From an uncultured Chromatiales bacterium (lineage in GTDB: Bacteria; Pseudomonadota; Gammaproteobacteria; SZUA-140): a DNA stretch of 64,000 nucleotides. The stretch's first letter is position 1. Every line of letters begins with the position of its first letter. Positions 1 to 10,033 of the stretch are shown here, in pieces. The position numbers and the translations under genes were made by a program. The stretch is from positions 6,990 through 70,989 of the forward strand of contig CAYTGL010000011.1 of the NCBI GenBank assembly GCA_964437335.1, given 5' to 3'. The notes beneath the pieces are model-generated. The model was not told the origin of the DNA. It was given only the letters and a program-made list of their open reading frames with translations, and did not search any database.

Positions 1-670
1 CTGCCTCCCGACCTTCGTAGAAATAGACGACAACATACTTGCAGCCCCTCATGAACTCTCTGATTTCCTCAAATGTTCCAGAAAGATCTTTTCCGGTGGG
101 GCTGCCAGCCCTTGTGCGAAACACAGCGATCAGACAGTCGGACTTCGGGATTAATTCCTCATTTATCATTCCCTGTGGTCGTCCTCGAAGTCCAGGGGTG
201 GCGTGAGTTTCCCACTTTACAGGTTCCAGCATTATGTGGTTGTCGGCGTTATGGGCAGCGTTCCACCGGAGGATGCTGTCTGTGATTGCTTGTCGCTCTT
301 TGGTCGCATCACCCGGCGAACCGATCATTACCCCAATTCTGCGATACATCGATTGTCCACCTTTTGTCGTGAACTCCACATGGTCAACGATTGATCGGGC
401 GGCATTCTGGCCTGCTGCTGTGATCCACAGACTGAGTGAAGTCGATGATCGTAGTTTGCCGATAAGCCCCAGCTGGTTTAGGCGAGACACCAGACCTTCA
501 AGCTCTTCGTAGGTCAACTGCAACTCGGAGATGGCTCGTGCATGTGTAGTCTTCGTCTCTTCGGGCGTCGTCCAGTGTCGGTCTAGTCCGATCATGCCCG
601 ACTGGTCTGGGGATGTGCAGTGTTTGTCGAGATACCGAAGAAGCGACAACTCAACAGCGGTCAGTTTCAT
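1..670 (-). CDS. Hypothetical protein, N-terminal ~223 codons only (ORF continues past the window start); start ATG at 670
   Basis: Manual translation of the minus strand from 670 is open to position 1 (MKLTAVELSLLRYLDK...IGVMIGSPGDATKERQAITDSI...); weak resemblance to DUF4062-type N-terminal domains. Absent from the ORF track because no stop lies inside the window. Confidence 0.45.
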   Translation of the reverse strand, partial: MKLTAVELSLLRYLDKHCTSPDQSGMIGLDRHWTTPEETKTTHARAISELQLTYEELEGLVSRLNQLGLIGKLRSSTSLSLWITAAGQNAARSIVDHVEFTTKGGQSMYRRIGVMIGSPGDATKERQAITDSILRWNAAHNADNHIMLEPVKWETHATPGLRGRPQGMINEELIPKSDCLIAVFRTRAGSPTGKDLSGTFEEIREFMRGCKYVVVYFYEGREA

Positions 671-691
671 GGACTGTCACCTTTCTTCGGC

Positions 692-2737
692 TCACTCCAC
701 CCCTAACGCCTTGAACGCTGCGTCTCGTGGATCAGAGTAGAAGCTAGTCTGGAACTTGGCGAACAACTCGCCCGGAATCGTCGGGATGTCTCTCACGCTC
801 GCCATTGGCAGCAGGATGCGTTTGGCTCCGCCATCATGGGCGACCTGCAATGACTCGGCCAAGTTCTCGACCGGAATGATGTTGCCGCCCAGGCTCATGC
901 TGCCCAAAACCACCATCTGCGACTGAATTGGTTTGCCAAGGACCGCTGAACAAAGCGCCACGAAGGTCGAAAGCGTCATCGCCGTTGTCGCTCCCGTGTT
1001 GTGCAGTTCAATGACATGCAGGTGATAGTCGTGATCGAGGGCCTTGATCGAGGCGCTGACGTGGCTGGAATTTGCTTTGAAATAGTCGAAGCCGACCTTC
1101 ACTGCCTCCTTGGCCTGGGAGTTTGAGCCGAAGCCCGACATCTTGAGCGAACCGTTGCCCGGTGTCACCTGAGTCTCAATCCGGTACAGGCCCAAGTGTC
1201 CGCCGCTCCCCACAGCCACTGTGTGCATTACACCGGGGTTGAGCGGTCCATCGGGGATCAGGGTTCCACCTCCTTGCTCGGGCACGCCGATGAACTTCTC
1301 CTCCAATGTTTCCAGGTCGATGTAGGAGAAGTGAACGTCGTAAAACTCCATCCCGCCGATCTTCTTCAGTTGTTCCTTTACCCGACGCCGTGTTTCCAGG
1401 GCGTACTCCAGGCAGCGCCGCACCGCCTCTTTGTCGTATTCCTCGTTTGGATAAAGCAATTTCAGCAGGCCGGAAACGGTATGCTTGACGGCAATCGTAT
1501 CCCGCTGGTTCAAATCACGGCCCAGGCGAAAATACTTGCTAATCGCATCACCGAAGTTTCGCTTTCGCATTTCCCGCATGTACTCGGCCAAATAATCCAC
1601 GATCAGCCCGTACTGGTTCGTGAAGAACTCGGGCCGCATCTTGGGAATTTCCCAACCGGGGATATAGGAATGGAAGCGGTCGAAAAAGGCAGAGTCGATC
1701 ATGGCTTCCGGGAACGGTGCAAGCAGGTGGCTGGTTTTCACCAGCGTATCTACCGACTGATTGATGTTGCCGACGAAGACCATTGCCGCATAGGCCGAGA
1801 TCGAGTCTTTCCCACGGGCGAATGAACCGGAGGCCATGTAATCCTTCATGATCTGTATCCCGTCCTTATCCTTGAACGAGATGCCCGCCACTTCATCGAA
1901 GGCCACCACGTCCCACAGCCCCACCAAGCCCATCTTTCCTCGACCGATATTGTTGTAGAAGAGGTTGGGGACGCTCGTTTGGCCCCCGGAGATTAGGATG
2001 CTGTAGGGGCTGATCTCTTTGTAGATGTGGCTCTTTCCAGTGCCCCTTGGGCCAAGCTCACAGACGTTGTAATTGTTTTCGACTAAAGGCACCATGCGGC
2101 AGAGAATGTGCCACTTCACCCGTTGCTCGAATTGCGTCGGTTCGTAACCGCAGGACCGCAGTAGCACGTCGATCCACTGTTCTTCGGTGAAGTTCCGACG
2201 ACCGGCGAACACCTCTTCCATATCCATGCCTGGCATCTGGATCGGCTTGAGGTCTTCAACGATGAAGGGCGACCCCTTCTGTCCCTCCTCGAAGAAATAC
2301 TGCATCGTAATGATGCACCAAATGCCGCCTGCCAGCAGCTTCTCGTATTTCTTGATGAAGCTCGTCGAAATCTCCGCCCCTTTGACTCCCAAGTTGAGAA
2401 GTTGGGCTTCATACACGTCACGGCGTTCATTGAGCGTGACGTTCACCTTGTCGATGATCTTGTAGCTCCCTCGCTCACGAATCACCGACTTTACCTTTTC
2501 GGATTCGTCGGGACGGACATAATTCTCGGCCAGAATTTTTTTGACCGTTTGCAGGCCGTCTTGGATCATCTCCTCATCATTCGAGGCGCAGTGCGATCCC
2601 AGCAGGTATTCAAGGACATAAACGGGGACGTTGGCCCCTTCCTTCACCAGCTTGGTAAGGTCTTTGCGCACGACCTTGCCAGGGAAGTGCTGATTGAGCA
2701 AGTCGTCCAGCCCAGTGTCGATAGTCTCAGAAGTCAT
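692..2737 (-). CDS. brxL: BREX type 1 Lon-like protease BrxL
   Basis: 681 aa; N-terminal MTSETIDTGLDDLLNQHFPGKVVRKDLTKL...VYVLEYLLG matches the conserved BrxL N-terminus; Walker-like GPRGTGKSH; Lon-protease-like C-terminus; 11-bp overlap with pglZ. Confidence 0.9.
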   Translation of the reverse strand: MTSETIDTGLDDLLNQHFPGKVVRKDLTKLVKEGANVPVYVLEYLLGSHCASNDEEMIQDGLQTVKKILAENYVRPDESEKVKSVIRERGSYKIIDKVNVTLNERRDVYEAQLLNLGVKGAEISTSFIKKYEKLLAGGIWCIITMQYFFEEGQKGSPFIVEDLKPIQMPGMDMEEVFAGRRNFTEEQWIDVLLRSCGYEPTQFEQRVKWHILCRMVPLVENNYNVCELGPRGTGKSHIYKEISPYSILISGGQTSVPNLFYNNIGRGKMGLVGLWDVVAFDEVAGISFKDKDGIQIMKDYMASGSFARGKDSISAYAAMVFVGNINQSVDTLVKTSHLLAPFPEAMIDSAFFDRFHSYIPGWEIPKMRPEFFTNQYGLIVDYLAEYMREMRKRNFGDAISKYFRLGRDLNQRDTIAVKHTVSGLLKLLYPNEEYDKEAVRRCLEYALETRRRVKEQLKKIGGMEFYDVHFSYIDLETLEEKFIGVPEQGGGTLIPDGPLNPGVMHTVAVGSGGHLGLYRIETQVTPGNGSLKMSGFGSNSQAKEAVKVGFDYFKANSSHVSASIKALDHDYHLHVIELHNTGATTAMTLSTFVALCSAVLGKPIQSQMVVLGSMSLGGNIIPVENLAESLQVAHDGGAKRILLPMASVRDIPTIPGELFAKFQTSFYSDPRDAAFKALGVE

Positions 2738-5348
2738 CGCTGAATGCCTTATCGATAATCACGTCCACGCTCGACTGTTCGATGTCCGTGTCGGCATCCC
2801 GCAGCACGAGCCGGTACTTTGTCTTCTTGTTGAATTGCCGGTCTTCAAGCACCAGCACCACCTGCTTCGTCCGCTCTTCCATGTTGTCCGAGCCACTATC
2901 GAAGGTCACCTTCTCAATGTTCGTCACTGGCTCGTTGCCCTCGAAGATTGCCACCTTGAGGGTAATCGGTTTGACCCGGTCGCTCACGGCCTCGGTCTGA
3001 AGAAGCTGAAAGCGGTACTTGGGCGTCGTAATTCGATGATTGACGCCCAGCACCTGCACACCCACCCGCCGTGCTGCTGTTTCGCCCTTGGTCTTCCCTT
3101 TGACGTGCCGCACGGTCACCACTGGCACTACAATTTCCTGCGGCATGGTGCCGCCGTGGATGTAGCGAGCACCCCCGGTGAAGTGGAACAGGTTCACCGC
3201 CCTCGGAATCCAGAACTCCATGTCGCCTTCCGCCTGGGCCGTCGTTTTCGTGCTGCCATGGTAAGCTTCGTCCACGTCTGGCAAATTACGCCCCAGAAGG
3301 TAACGCTTCTTGGCAAGTATCGTGCCGGGGGGCTTGTCTTCCAGCTTGCTCTTATGCGGCTCAGACGGAGGCGTCTCACGGAACAGGAAGCCATGGTCAG
3401 CGGTCACCACCACGTAATTGCCGTTCAGGCTGTTGATCACAAATCGCACGAGTTCGCCCACTTCGTCAATCGTCTTACGCACGGCATCAAATGTGTCGCC
3501 TTCGGTGGCCAGCTTTTCTCCCCGGCTATCGATCTCATCGTGGTAGATGTAAACCACCTTCTTCCCAGCAACCAGGTCTCGGCCTTCTTCCTTCTTCATC
3601 GCCAACAGCACGTCAGCCTTTACCGCCATGCCATCGACAGCGGCCAGAATTTCGTTTCGCTGCTCTAGCGACCCGCACGACTTGCCATCGACCAGGATGT
3701 GTCCCTTGGCATGATATTCCAGCGTCTTGTGTGGCAGCAGACTTGCCATGCCCAAGGCGGTGTGTGACGGCAGCACGCTTAACTGCGAACCCAGCGATGC
3801 CTCAATTCGATACTTGCCGTTGAGTTCCTGCTTGAGTTCCTGGGCCGCCTCATAACGGAAGCCGTCGCTGATAATCACATACGCCCTACGATTCTCGGCC
3901 TCTTTCAGGCGAGGCTCAACATGATTGCGGTAGAAGTGGTACTGATTGGGAACGTCCGGGATCTTCCAGTTAGAAAGCATTCCGCCTTCGACGAACTTGC
4001 CCCAGGCCAGGGCGAATGTGGGGATGAACCAGTTCGTGTAGGCCGCTTCCACTTGCTCCCGCAACTCCTTGACGATGTTGCCGTATTGGCAGATGTCTGA
4101 GAACTCGCAGAAATGCCGGTAAAGCTGATCAAATAGGAATAGTTCGTCCTCATAAGCCCGGTACATCGCTTGGGCGCTGTCGAAGTCGAATCCCTTACGG
4201 TGAGAGTTTTGCAAGTGGAAGAATTCGGCAGCGGTTACCAGCGCCTCGTAGGCCGCATGAAGTTCCTTTCGACGAACCGAGGGGGAGCCAGACACGGTAG
4301 GGGAAGCCCAATGCCCGGATTGCCGCCTACCCGCAATCTCTCGCACTTCCTCGACATCGATTGTGTCGGCAGTGGCGATCACCCGGTCCCGCAGATGGCA
4401 GGCAATCTCAAACTCAACGCCCGTAAAGGTCATCACGTCGATCAGATGGTCGATTTCAAAAGCATGCAAGTGGTCGTCCAGAGTGATCCGCTGGGCCACG
4501 TATTCCGCCAGCCCGTCATAACTGCCACCTTTGCTGGAACTGTCCCGCCAATTCGCCAGGCAAACGACCGTGTTGGCTCGTCCGGCTTGCGGGAGCAGGA
4601 GGTGTTCCAGCGATGTTGGCAGCTTACCGTGAAGATGCTGAGCGAAGTCAGTCACCAACAACCGGATCAACAGGTTCTCCAGGCTGGGCGTTTCCTCGGC
4701 GTATCCAAACGACTTCTTGATAAACCTCCAGAACGGCTCTTCGAGGTCGAATTTTTCGATCTGCTCCCAAGCTGGGATCGGCTCCCTTAGGTCGATGTCC
4801 TCGATGTCGGCGTAAAGTTGGAACAGCGTCCGCAGAATGTTGAATAGTTCCGGTTGGTCGGCCTTCACCACTACCGCAAGCATCTTCCGGTCCAGGTCAT
4901 CTGCCGTGTCTTCGGGTGAGGCCAGCATCTTAAGCTTTTGGAGCCGGTCCTTGTTGTCGAAAAACTTGCGGCGCTGGACCAGATGCTCCCGAAGATGCTG
5001 AGCAGCCAGACCGAGTTCTTGGAGGATGATCGATGCTCGGTCGGCCCGAAAACTGCCGCTGTAGAGCCGAATGTCGAGCAGCCAATCGTTCTCGTAGTCA
5101 GGCTCTTCCTCGGGCGAGTAGACCAGGAACTTTGAGTCTGGTTCGCCGTGCTCCACTCGCAGTTTGGTTTCCAACGCCCCGGTTCTATCCAGTCGGATGA
5201 CCTGTACGCCATCGATGGGCGAAAAAAGCTGGCCTGTCAGGTAACCCACAAATTCCTTATCAGGATCATTCCAAAAAACGATCCGCTCTTCTCGGAAGAG
5301 TTTGTCGAGGGCGTCATTGACTTGTTTGGTGTCCATAAGAATCGTCAT
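2727..5348 (-). CDS. pglZ: BREX alkaline-phosphatase-superfamily protein PglZ
   Basis: 873 aa; N-terminus MTILMDTKQVNDALDKLFREERIVFWNDPDKEF is typical PglZ; sits between the methyltransferase and brxL in the operon. Confidence 0.9.
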   Translation of the reverse strand: MTILMDTKQVNDALDKLFREERIVFWNDPDKEFVGYLTGQLFSPIDGVQVIRLDRTGALETKLRVEHGEPDSKFLVYSPEEEPDYENDWLLDIRLYSGSFRADRASIILQELGLAAQHLREHLVQRRKFFDNKDRLQKLKMLASPEDTADDLDRKMLAVVVKADQPELFNILRTLFQLYADIEDIDLREPIPAWEQIEKFDLEEPFWRFIKKSFGYAEETPSLENLLIRLLVTDFAQHLHGKLPTSLEHLLLPQAGRANTVVCLANWRDSSSKGGSYDGLAEYVAQRITLDDHLHAFEIDHLIDVMTFTGVEFEIACHLRDRVIATADTIDVEEVREIAGRRQSGHWASPTVSGSPSVRRKELHAAYEALVTAAEFFHLQNSHRKGFDFDSAQAMYRAYEDELFLFDQLYRHFCEFSDICQYGNIVKELREQVEAAYTNWFIPTFALAWGKFVEGGMLSNWKIPDVPNQYHFYRNHVEPRLKEAENRRAYVIISDGFRYEAAQELKQELNGKYRIEASLGSQLSVLPSHTALGMASLLPHKTLEYHAKGHILVDGKSCGSLEQRNEILAAVDGMAVKADVLLAMKKEEGRDLVAGKKVVYIYHDEIDSRGEKLATEGDTFDAVRKTIDEVGELVRFVINSLNGNYVVVTADHGFLFRETPPSEPHKSKLEDKPPGTILAKKRYLLGRNLPDVDEAYHGSTKTTAQAEGDMEFWIPRAVNLFHFTGGARYIHGGTMPQEIVVPVVTVRHVKGKTKGETAARRVGVQVLGVNHRITTPKYRFQLLQTEAVSDRVKPITLKVAIFEGNEPVTNIEKVTFDSGSDNMEERTKQVVLVLEDRQFNKKTKYRLVLRDADTDIEQSSVDVIIDKAFSDDF

Positions 5349-5944
5349 TTCGTCGGCAACGGTGGAACTGTCTTCGTTGGCTCATCGAGCCAAATGTGAA
5401 TCACGCTGTCAAGGTTATTCAGGCAGTTCCAGAAATACGGGAATGCGTTCTGCAATGTCGCCTCCTGAATCTCACGAACTTGCTCCTCTTCGTCCAATTC
5501 GTTGACATTCACATGAAAGAGACCGCCATAGCCGTAGAACAGCTTCTCAACAGCGGCCTCAACGGTTTGATTCGCCCCGTGGAAGAAGCGATGATCGTTT
5601 ATTGGCAGACGACCCAATGTTTCCGACCATTTCTTGCGAACGTACCGAGTCCATGCCAAGAGGTCTTGTCGGTCACAGCACTGATTCACGATGTTGTGGA
5701 TGCGATTGAAGTTGATCGAGTCTTGCAGAAGAAATTGTCGCAGTAGTGGCAGTTGTGCCTGAAACGCAACCTTATCGTAGCCCTCAAAACTGGAGTCGAT
5801 CTGGCCGGTGGGAAATGTGATCTTCGTTGAATACTTGAAGGTTACGCCGCCACTCTGGACGATGCTACTTTGGCGCAGGCGATTCACTTGCCGCTGATAC
5901 GCACGGAGAATGATTAATTCGTCGTTTGTCAAAGCTCGTGTCAT
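5345..5944 (-). CDS. Hypothetical protein (199 aa) embedded in the BREX operon between pglX and pglZ
   Basis: ATGA-type 4-bp overlaps on both sides (its stop overlaps the pglZ start at 5345-5348; its start overlaps the stop of the 178-aa ORF at 5941-5944); no recognisable motif. Confidence 0.6.
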   Translation of the reverse strand: MTRALTNDELIILRAYQRQVNRLRQSSIVQSGGVTFKYSTKITFPTGQIDSSFEGYDKVAFQAQLPLLRQFLLQDSINFNRIHNIVNQCCDRQDLLAWTRYVRKKWSETLGRLPINDHRFFHGANQTVEAAVEKLFYGYGGLFHVNVNELDEEEQVREIQEATLQNAFPYFWNCLNNLDSVIHIWLDEPTKTVPPLPTK

Positions 5945-6477
5945 GCTTGCGTCTCGCTTTCGCCGTCGAACTCCTTGCCGTACTTTTCATACATGAAGCC
6001 GAGAGCGTTCAGCGCCTGTGGTGAACCGCTCTCAAGTGGTTGCGCTCCAGTTATTAGAGTCTGGCGAAGGGATTGAACCGTTTGCGTAATCGTCCCCTGG
6101 TCAAACCCTTGGATTTGCGATGTTCGCAGGGAGAAATCCTGGTGGTAGGCCGCTACGCCGGAGGTAAGCAATGTGCCTGAATCGGTATCCAAGACAAGCA
6201 GCGTTGGATCAACGTCGTAGCACTTCTGGTTATTTTTGTCGGCGTCCACTCGATACGGTGCGATTAACATCCAGTCACGTCTAGTCGAAGGATCGCCAGA
6301 AACGGCAACCTCAATGTGCGTGCATTTGTCGAGGAACTGCGACGGATGTACTTCAAGGCTCGCCCTTTGCTGGTAGTCGGGAATGTCATATACCTTGACG
6401 TTATTGCTGCCGACGTCAGCCCACAGCTTCGACGCCGCATCATGCTTGTCTTCAAACCATCTTTCTTTGGCACCCAT
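5941..6477 (-). CDS. Hypothetical protein (178 aa) embedded in the BREX operon directly downstream of pglX
   Basis: Starts 10 bp after the pglX stop (6488), same strand; 4-bp overlap with the 199-aa ORF; no recognisable motif. Confidence 0.6.
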   Translation of the reverse strand: MGAKERWFEDKHDAASKLWADVGSNNVKVYDIPDYQQRASLEVHPSQFLDKCTHIEVAVSGDPSTRRDWMLIAPYRVDADKNNQKCYDVDPTLLVLDTDSGTLLTSGVAAYHQDFSLRTSQIQGFDQGTITQTVQSLRQTLITGAQPLESGSPQALNALGFMYEKYGKEFDGESETQA

Positions 6478-6487
6478 GATCTAGCTC

Positions 6488-9400
6488 CTATTCTTTGTCC
6501 TTAGTTCCTGATACCGCCTTCACTTCCGCCAACAAATCACCGAACTTGCCGTAATTCGCTTTTACGCCGTCGTCGAGGTCGAGCTTGATGCGATGGTCGG
6601 CGTAGTGACGGAGCTTTTCGTCGAATGATTGAACCTCGGCCAGCTGTTTGACAACAGTCGCCTTTTCTGTCTCCAGACGCTTTTTATGTTGGCTGGAAGT
6701 GGCGGCGGCGATTTCGTCCGTCAAGTGGTCGATGCGGGCAGTCATCTTACCGAGCAGTGGAATCACGTACTCAGTGCGCATCCGAGCCAGGGTGCTTTCG
6801 TTGTAGCGGTGGAGGTAGACGAGGGCCTGAAAGCCACGCTGCTTGCCGCTAGAGAAGAGCCAGTAGATGGGCCGCCGCTTGTAGAGCGACAGGTGATGCT
6901 TGTAGAAGTCGGCAGCGAGATAGCGACGGATAGTGTCTCGTGGCGACTCGCCTTTCTTATCGCCCAGGCTCTCGGCCACGAACTTGAGGTTCTCCTCCAG
7001 ATGCTCCTTCGGCCATGCGGTGGCGACGAACTTCTCAAATCGACTGGCGGCATCGTCGGGGAACCAGTGGAACTCGGTGAGCGGAATGATCCCATCTTCG
7101 TCAGCCGGGAAATTGTGGTATTTCGATGGATCGAAGCCGACGTTACCGCTGTGGGCATAGATCAGCCCCGGCTCATCGAGGCTGTACCGGCCCATCATAC
7201 AGCCGGTGGAATAGGAGATGAGCCGCTTGATGTCTTCTTCACAATTAGGGCGATAGAGGGTAATGTGATCATCGGATACTTCCGGGGAGAGTTCATCTTG
7301 GAGACCGTAGGCACGGATCACCGCTTCATTGTTTTTTATTTCGGCTGCCTTCATGTTCCGCAGTATGTCATGGCAACGAGTTACCCATCGTTGATGGGAC
7401 AGACGCACGAGCGGTTCATCAGACCCGCTGCTGGGCAGCAAATCAAGTGTTGAAAAGTCCCACGAATACTCTGAATAATTCCAATCGTTTTTGTGTTGGC
7501 GTACGATTTTCTCAACTAGATCAGAGTCCACTGAGGACAGTGGTGGCACTGGGAGCGTCCTGATTTGACCTACTTCAAAGCCAACTGTTGGGCTGACGAT
7601 TTGCAGGAGCGAGGTTGTTACCGTGCTGTTGAGAATTCCGATAAGGCCAAGCATGTCGTTGGCGTTACTGCAATAAATCCCGCATCCCTTATGACCGATT
7701 ACAAAACCTTCACCGAAAGCTCGAAAAGATGGTGCAGCAATAGAAATAAGACTCCACGTAATTCCAGGCTTGAAATAATATGACTCTGATGGGCACTGGT
7801 TTCCCACGGTTTTCAGCACTTCGTATGAGGCTGCATCAAAGGAAAGGACAAACTCGTTATTCCCGTACCACCTGCGAAATGCCCCTCCCTTATTGTACGG
7901 GAACCACTTTGCGTCACTTTGCCATGCACTGGTCCGAGAATGATGGCCGAATCCTAGTTTTGAACAGGCGACCTCGAACCAGTACCTGATAAAGCGGTCG
8001 TTGTCTCCAGTCGCAAGACCTTGGCGAAGCGTCGCTGACTCTCCCAAAGATGGCATCTCTGCAAAACAATTTCTTGTACGGTCGCTTATCCAATATGCCA
8101 GCGGAGAACCGGGGATTTTCCTGAATTCGTGTCCAGAGGTCTGATAGGGATTCGCCGCTTGGAATCGACGCTGCAACTCGTCGTTGCTTGCAACGCTTCC
8201 CTGCTTTTCAAATAGCTTTAAGTAACTCCCTCGCAATTCTGGCATTACCATATTGCGGAACGTAAAAGCGCAGGTGCCAAAATCTGAACCAAACACTCCA
8301 CGACCATTGTGAACAAAGGTTTCAAATGATTGATGGTTGACTAGACTCTGCCGCATGTCTTGGAACGATGAAAGAAACATCCAGTTCGGAATTGTAATCA
8401 TTCCAACGATTCCGTTGGCTGCCGCAAAACTAGTGTTTCGAGAAATGAAGCAGCCGTATAAATCAGCTTTTGCACTCGTGTATACTGCCGTTACGAACTG
8501 CTTTAGTTGTTTGGAATAATATTTCCCTCCCATGTAGGGCGGATTTGAAACGACTGCTTTGTATTGTCGTGCCAGTAAGACAGTCTGTTTAAGCATCGGC
8601 CAGAATGACAGTGCCGTAGCACTTTCGAACATCCCGCCTTCCATCGTCACAGACCGCACTCGAACAAGAGTCGTTGCCAGGTGATCGGACAACAGCTTTG
8701 GCACCCGAATCAACGAGCCAAACGTCTTGCCGTGCGCAAACAACTCGATCAATTGCGAAACATCTGCCTGCGAGATGTCGCCAGTTGAGCCATCAGGTAA
8801 TGGCGCATTGATCGCTTCCGTAATCTCCTTGGCATCCAGTCCCTTGCTCTCTTGAATCGACAGCACATGCGGCTGCACGCCTCGCTCGAAGATGCTGCGG
8901 TCGTCGGCTCGGGCCTTCATCATCAAGGCGAAGGCGGCAAGCTGTGCAGCCCGGTCGTCGATCTCCAAGCCGTAGAGATTCTTCTCCAAGATCAGCCGGG
9001 GGATGTCCTTGGCCCGGTAGCCTCGCTCTTGGTAGATCGCCTTCAGCAAGTCATAAGCCTCGACCAGGATGTGACCGGAACCGCAAGCCGGATCGAGGAG
9101 CGTGAGTTCCTCCGGGTTCAGACCGTCTGGCGTGATCTCGGCCAGCTTCGCCTGCACTTCCGGCGTTTGCTCGGCAGGCTCGATGTAGTATTCCATCCAG
9201 TATCGCTGATCACCCTCGTTCTCGGGCTTCGTGGACAGCGGCGAGTCGGGGTAGGTGGCGACCCACTGGCGGCCAAGGCTATTCTGCACCAGATACTTGA
9301 CGATCCAATTCGGCGTAAAAAGTTGCGTGGCGGCGGGAATGTCCTCGCTCTTGACCACCTTGCCAATGACCTGATCCTTCTTTTCGCTAATGTAGAACTG

Positions 9401-10033
9401 GTACAACCAGCCGATGATCTCAACGTCCTGCCAGCCCTCCTCGGGAATCTCGTTGATCAGATTGCGAATGAGTGAATCGGAGTGCAGCAAGTGATCGGGC
9501 AGGAGCAATTCCGTCTCATCGTCGATTGACTCGAACAAAAACGGCATCGCCTTTTGCAGAGCGTTGCACTGCGCCAACAGCAGCATCCGGTAGAGTTCTT
9601 CCTCTTTGGTGCCATCGAGCTTGAGTTCGACCACCTTCTTCTTGTCAAGGTCCGGCAGATCGACATGCTCGGCATGACCCACGATCTCGGGCAGGTAGTG
9701 CCCCTCGGAATGGCTCAACACCCGATAGCCATGCTCCAAGTAACCATGCAATTCCAAAAAGCGGATAGCGACCAGCCGGTTGAACCACGTATAGGCGACC
9801 GCTTCCATCGTTTGCCCGAAACCATCCCGCTTGATGCGAGCTTCGAGCTTCTTTCGCTTTTCGCCCACAGCTTTCGTGTGTGGCTTCCCAGCGATGATCG
9901 CCACATCGCCTTCGACCGTCATCGGCTCGATCTTCTTGGCGGTCAGTCCATACTGCGCAGCACGGCTCGTCACCGCCTCGATAAAATCACGGCGAGCCTG
10001 GGGAGCGTAGGATTTGAGCTTGTTGCGGTTCAT
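6488..10033 (-). CDS. pglX: BREX adenine-specific DNA methyltransferase PglX
   Basis: 1181 aa; NPPY catalytic motif (VVSNPPYMGGKYY); AdoMet-binding LDPACGSGHIL; N-terminus MNRNKLKSYAPQARRDFIEAVTSRAAQ typical of PglX. Confidence 0.9.
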   Translation of the reverse strand: MNRNKLKSYAPQARRDFIEAVTSRAAQYGLTAKKIEPMTVEGDVAIIAGKPHTKAVGEKRKKLEARIKRDGFGQTMEAVAYTWFNRLVAIRFLELHGYLEHGYRVLSHSEGHYLPEIVGHAEHVDLPDLDKKKVVELKLDGTKEEELYRMLLLAQCNALQKAMPFLFESIDDETELLLPDHLLHSDSLIRNLINEIPEEGWQDVEIIGWLYQFYISEKKDQVIGKVVKSEDIPAATQLFTPNWIVKYLVQNSLGRQWVATYPDSPLSTKPENEGDQRYWMEYYIEPAEQTPEVQAKLAEITPDGLNPEELTLLDPACGSGHILVEAYDLLKAIYQERGYRAKDIPRLILEKNLYGLEIDDRAAQLAAFALMMKARADDRSIFERGVQPHVLSIQESKGLDAKEITEAINAPLPDGSTGDISQADVSQLIELFAHGKTFGSLIRVPKLLSDHLATTLVRVRSVTMEGGMFESATALSFWPMLKQTVLLARQYKAVVSNPPYMGGKYYSKQLKQFVTAVYTSAKADLYGCFISRNTSFAAANGIVGMITIPNWMFLSSFQDMRQSLVNHQSFETFVHNGRGVFGSDFGTCAFTFRNMVMPELRGSYLKLFEKQGSVASNDELQRRFQAANPYQTSGHEFRKIPGSPLAYWISDRTRNCFAEMPSLGESATLRQGLATGDNDRFIRYWFEVACSKLGFGHHSRTSAWQSDAKWFPYNKGGAFRRWYGNNEFVLSFDAASYEVLKTVGNQCPSESYYFKPGITWSLISIAAPSFRAFGEGFVIGHKGCGIYCSNANDMLGLIGILNSTVTTSLLQIVSPTVGFEVGQIRTLPVPPLSSVDSDLVEKIVRQHKNDWNYSEYSWDFSTLDLLPSSGSDEPLVRLSHQRWVTRCHDILRNMKAAEIKNNEAVIRAYGLQDELSPEVSDDHITLYRPNCEEDIKRLISYSTGCMMGRYSLDEPGLIYAHSGNVGFDPSKYHNFPADEDGIIPLTEFHWFPDDAASRFEKFVATAWPKEHLEENLKFVAESLGDKKGESPRDTIRRYLAADFYKHHLSLYKRRPIYWLFSSGKQRGFQALVYLHRYNESTLARMRTEYVIPLLGKMTARIDHLTDEIAAATSSQHKKRLETEKATVVKQLAEVQSFDEKLRHYADHRIKLDLDDGVKANYGKFGDLLAEVKAVSGTKDKE

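Noticed and set aside
2694-3668. 324-aa + strand ORF
   Set aside because: Lies entirely antisense to pglZ; low-complexity translation; pglZ has strong family support.
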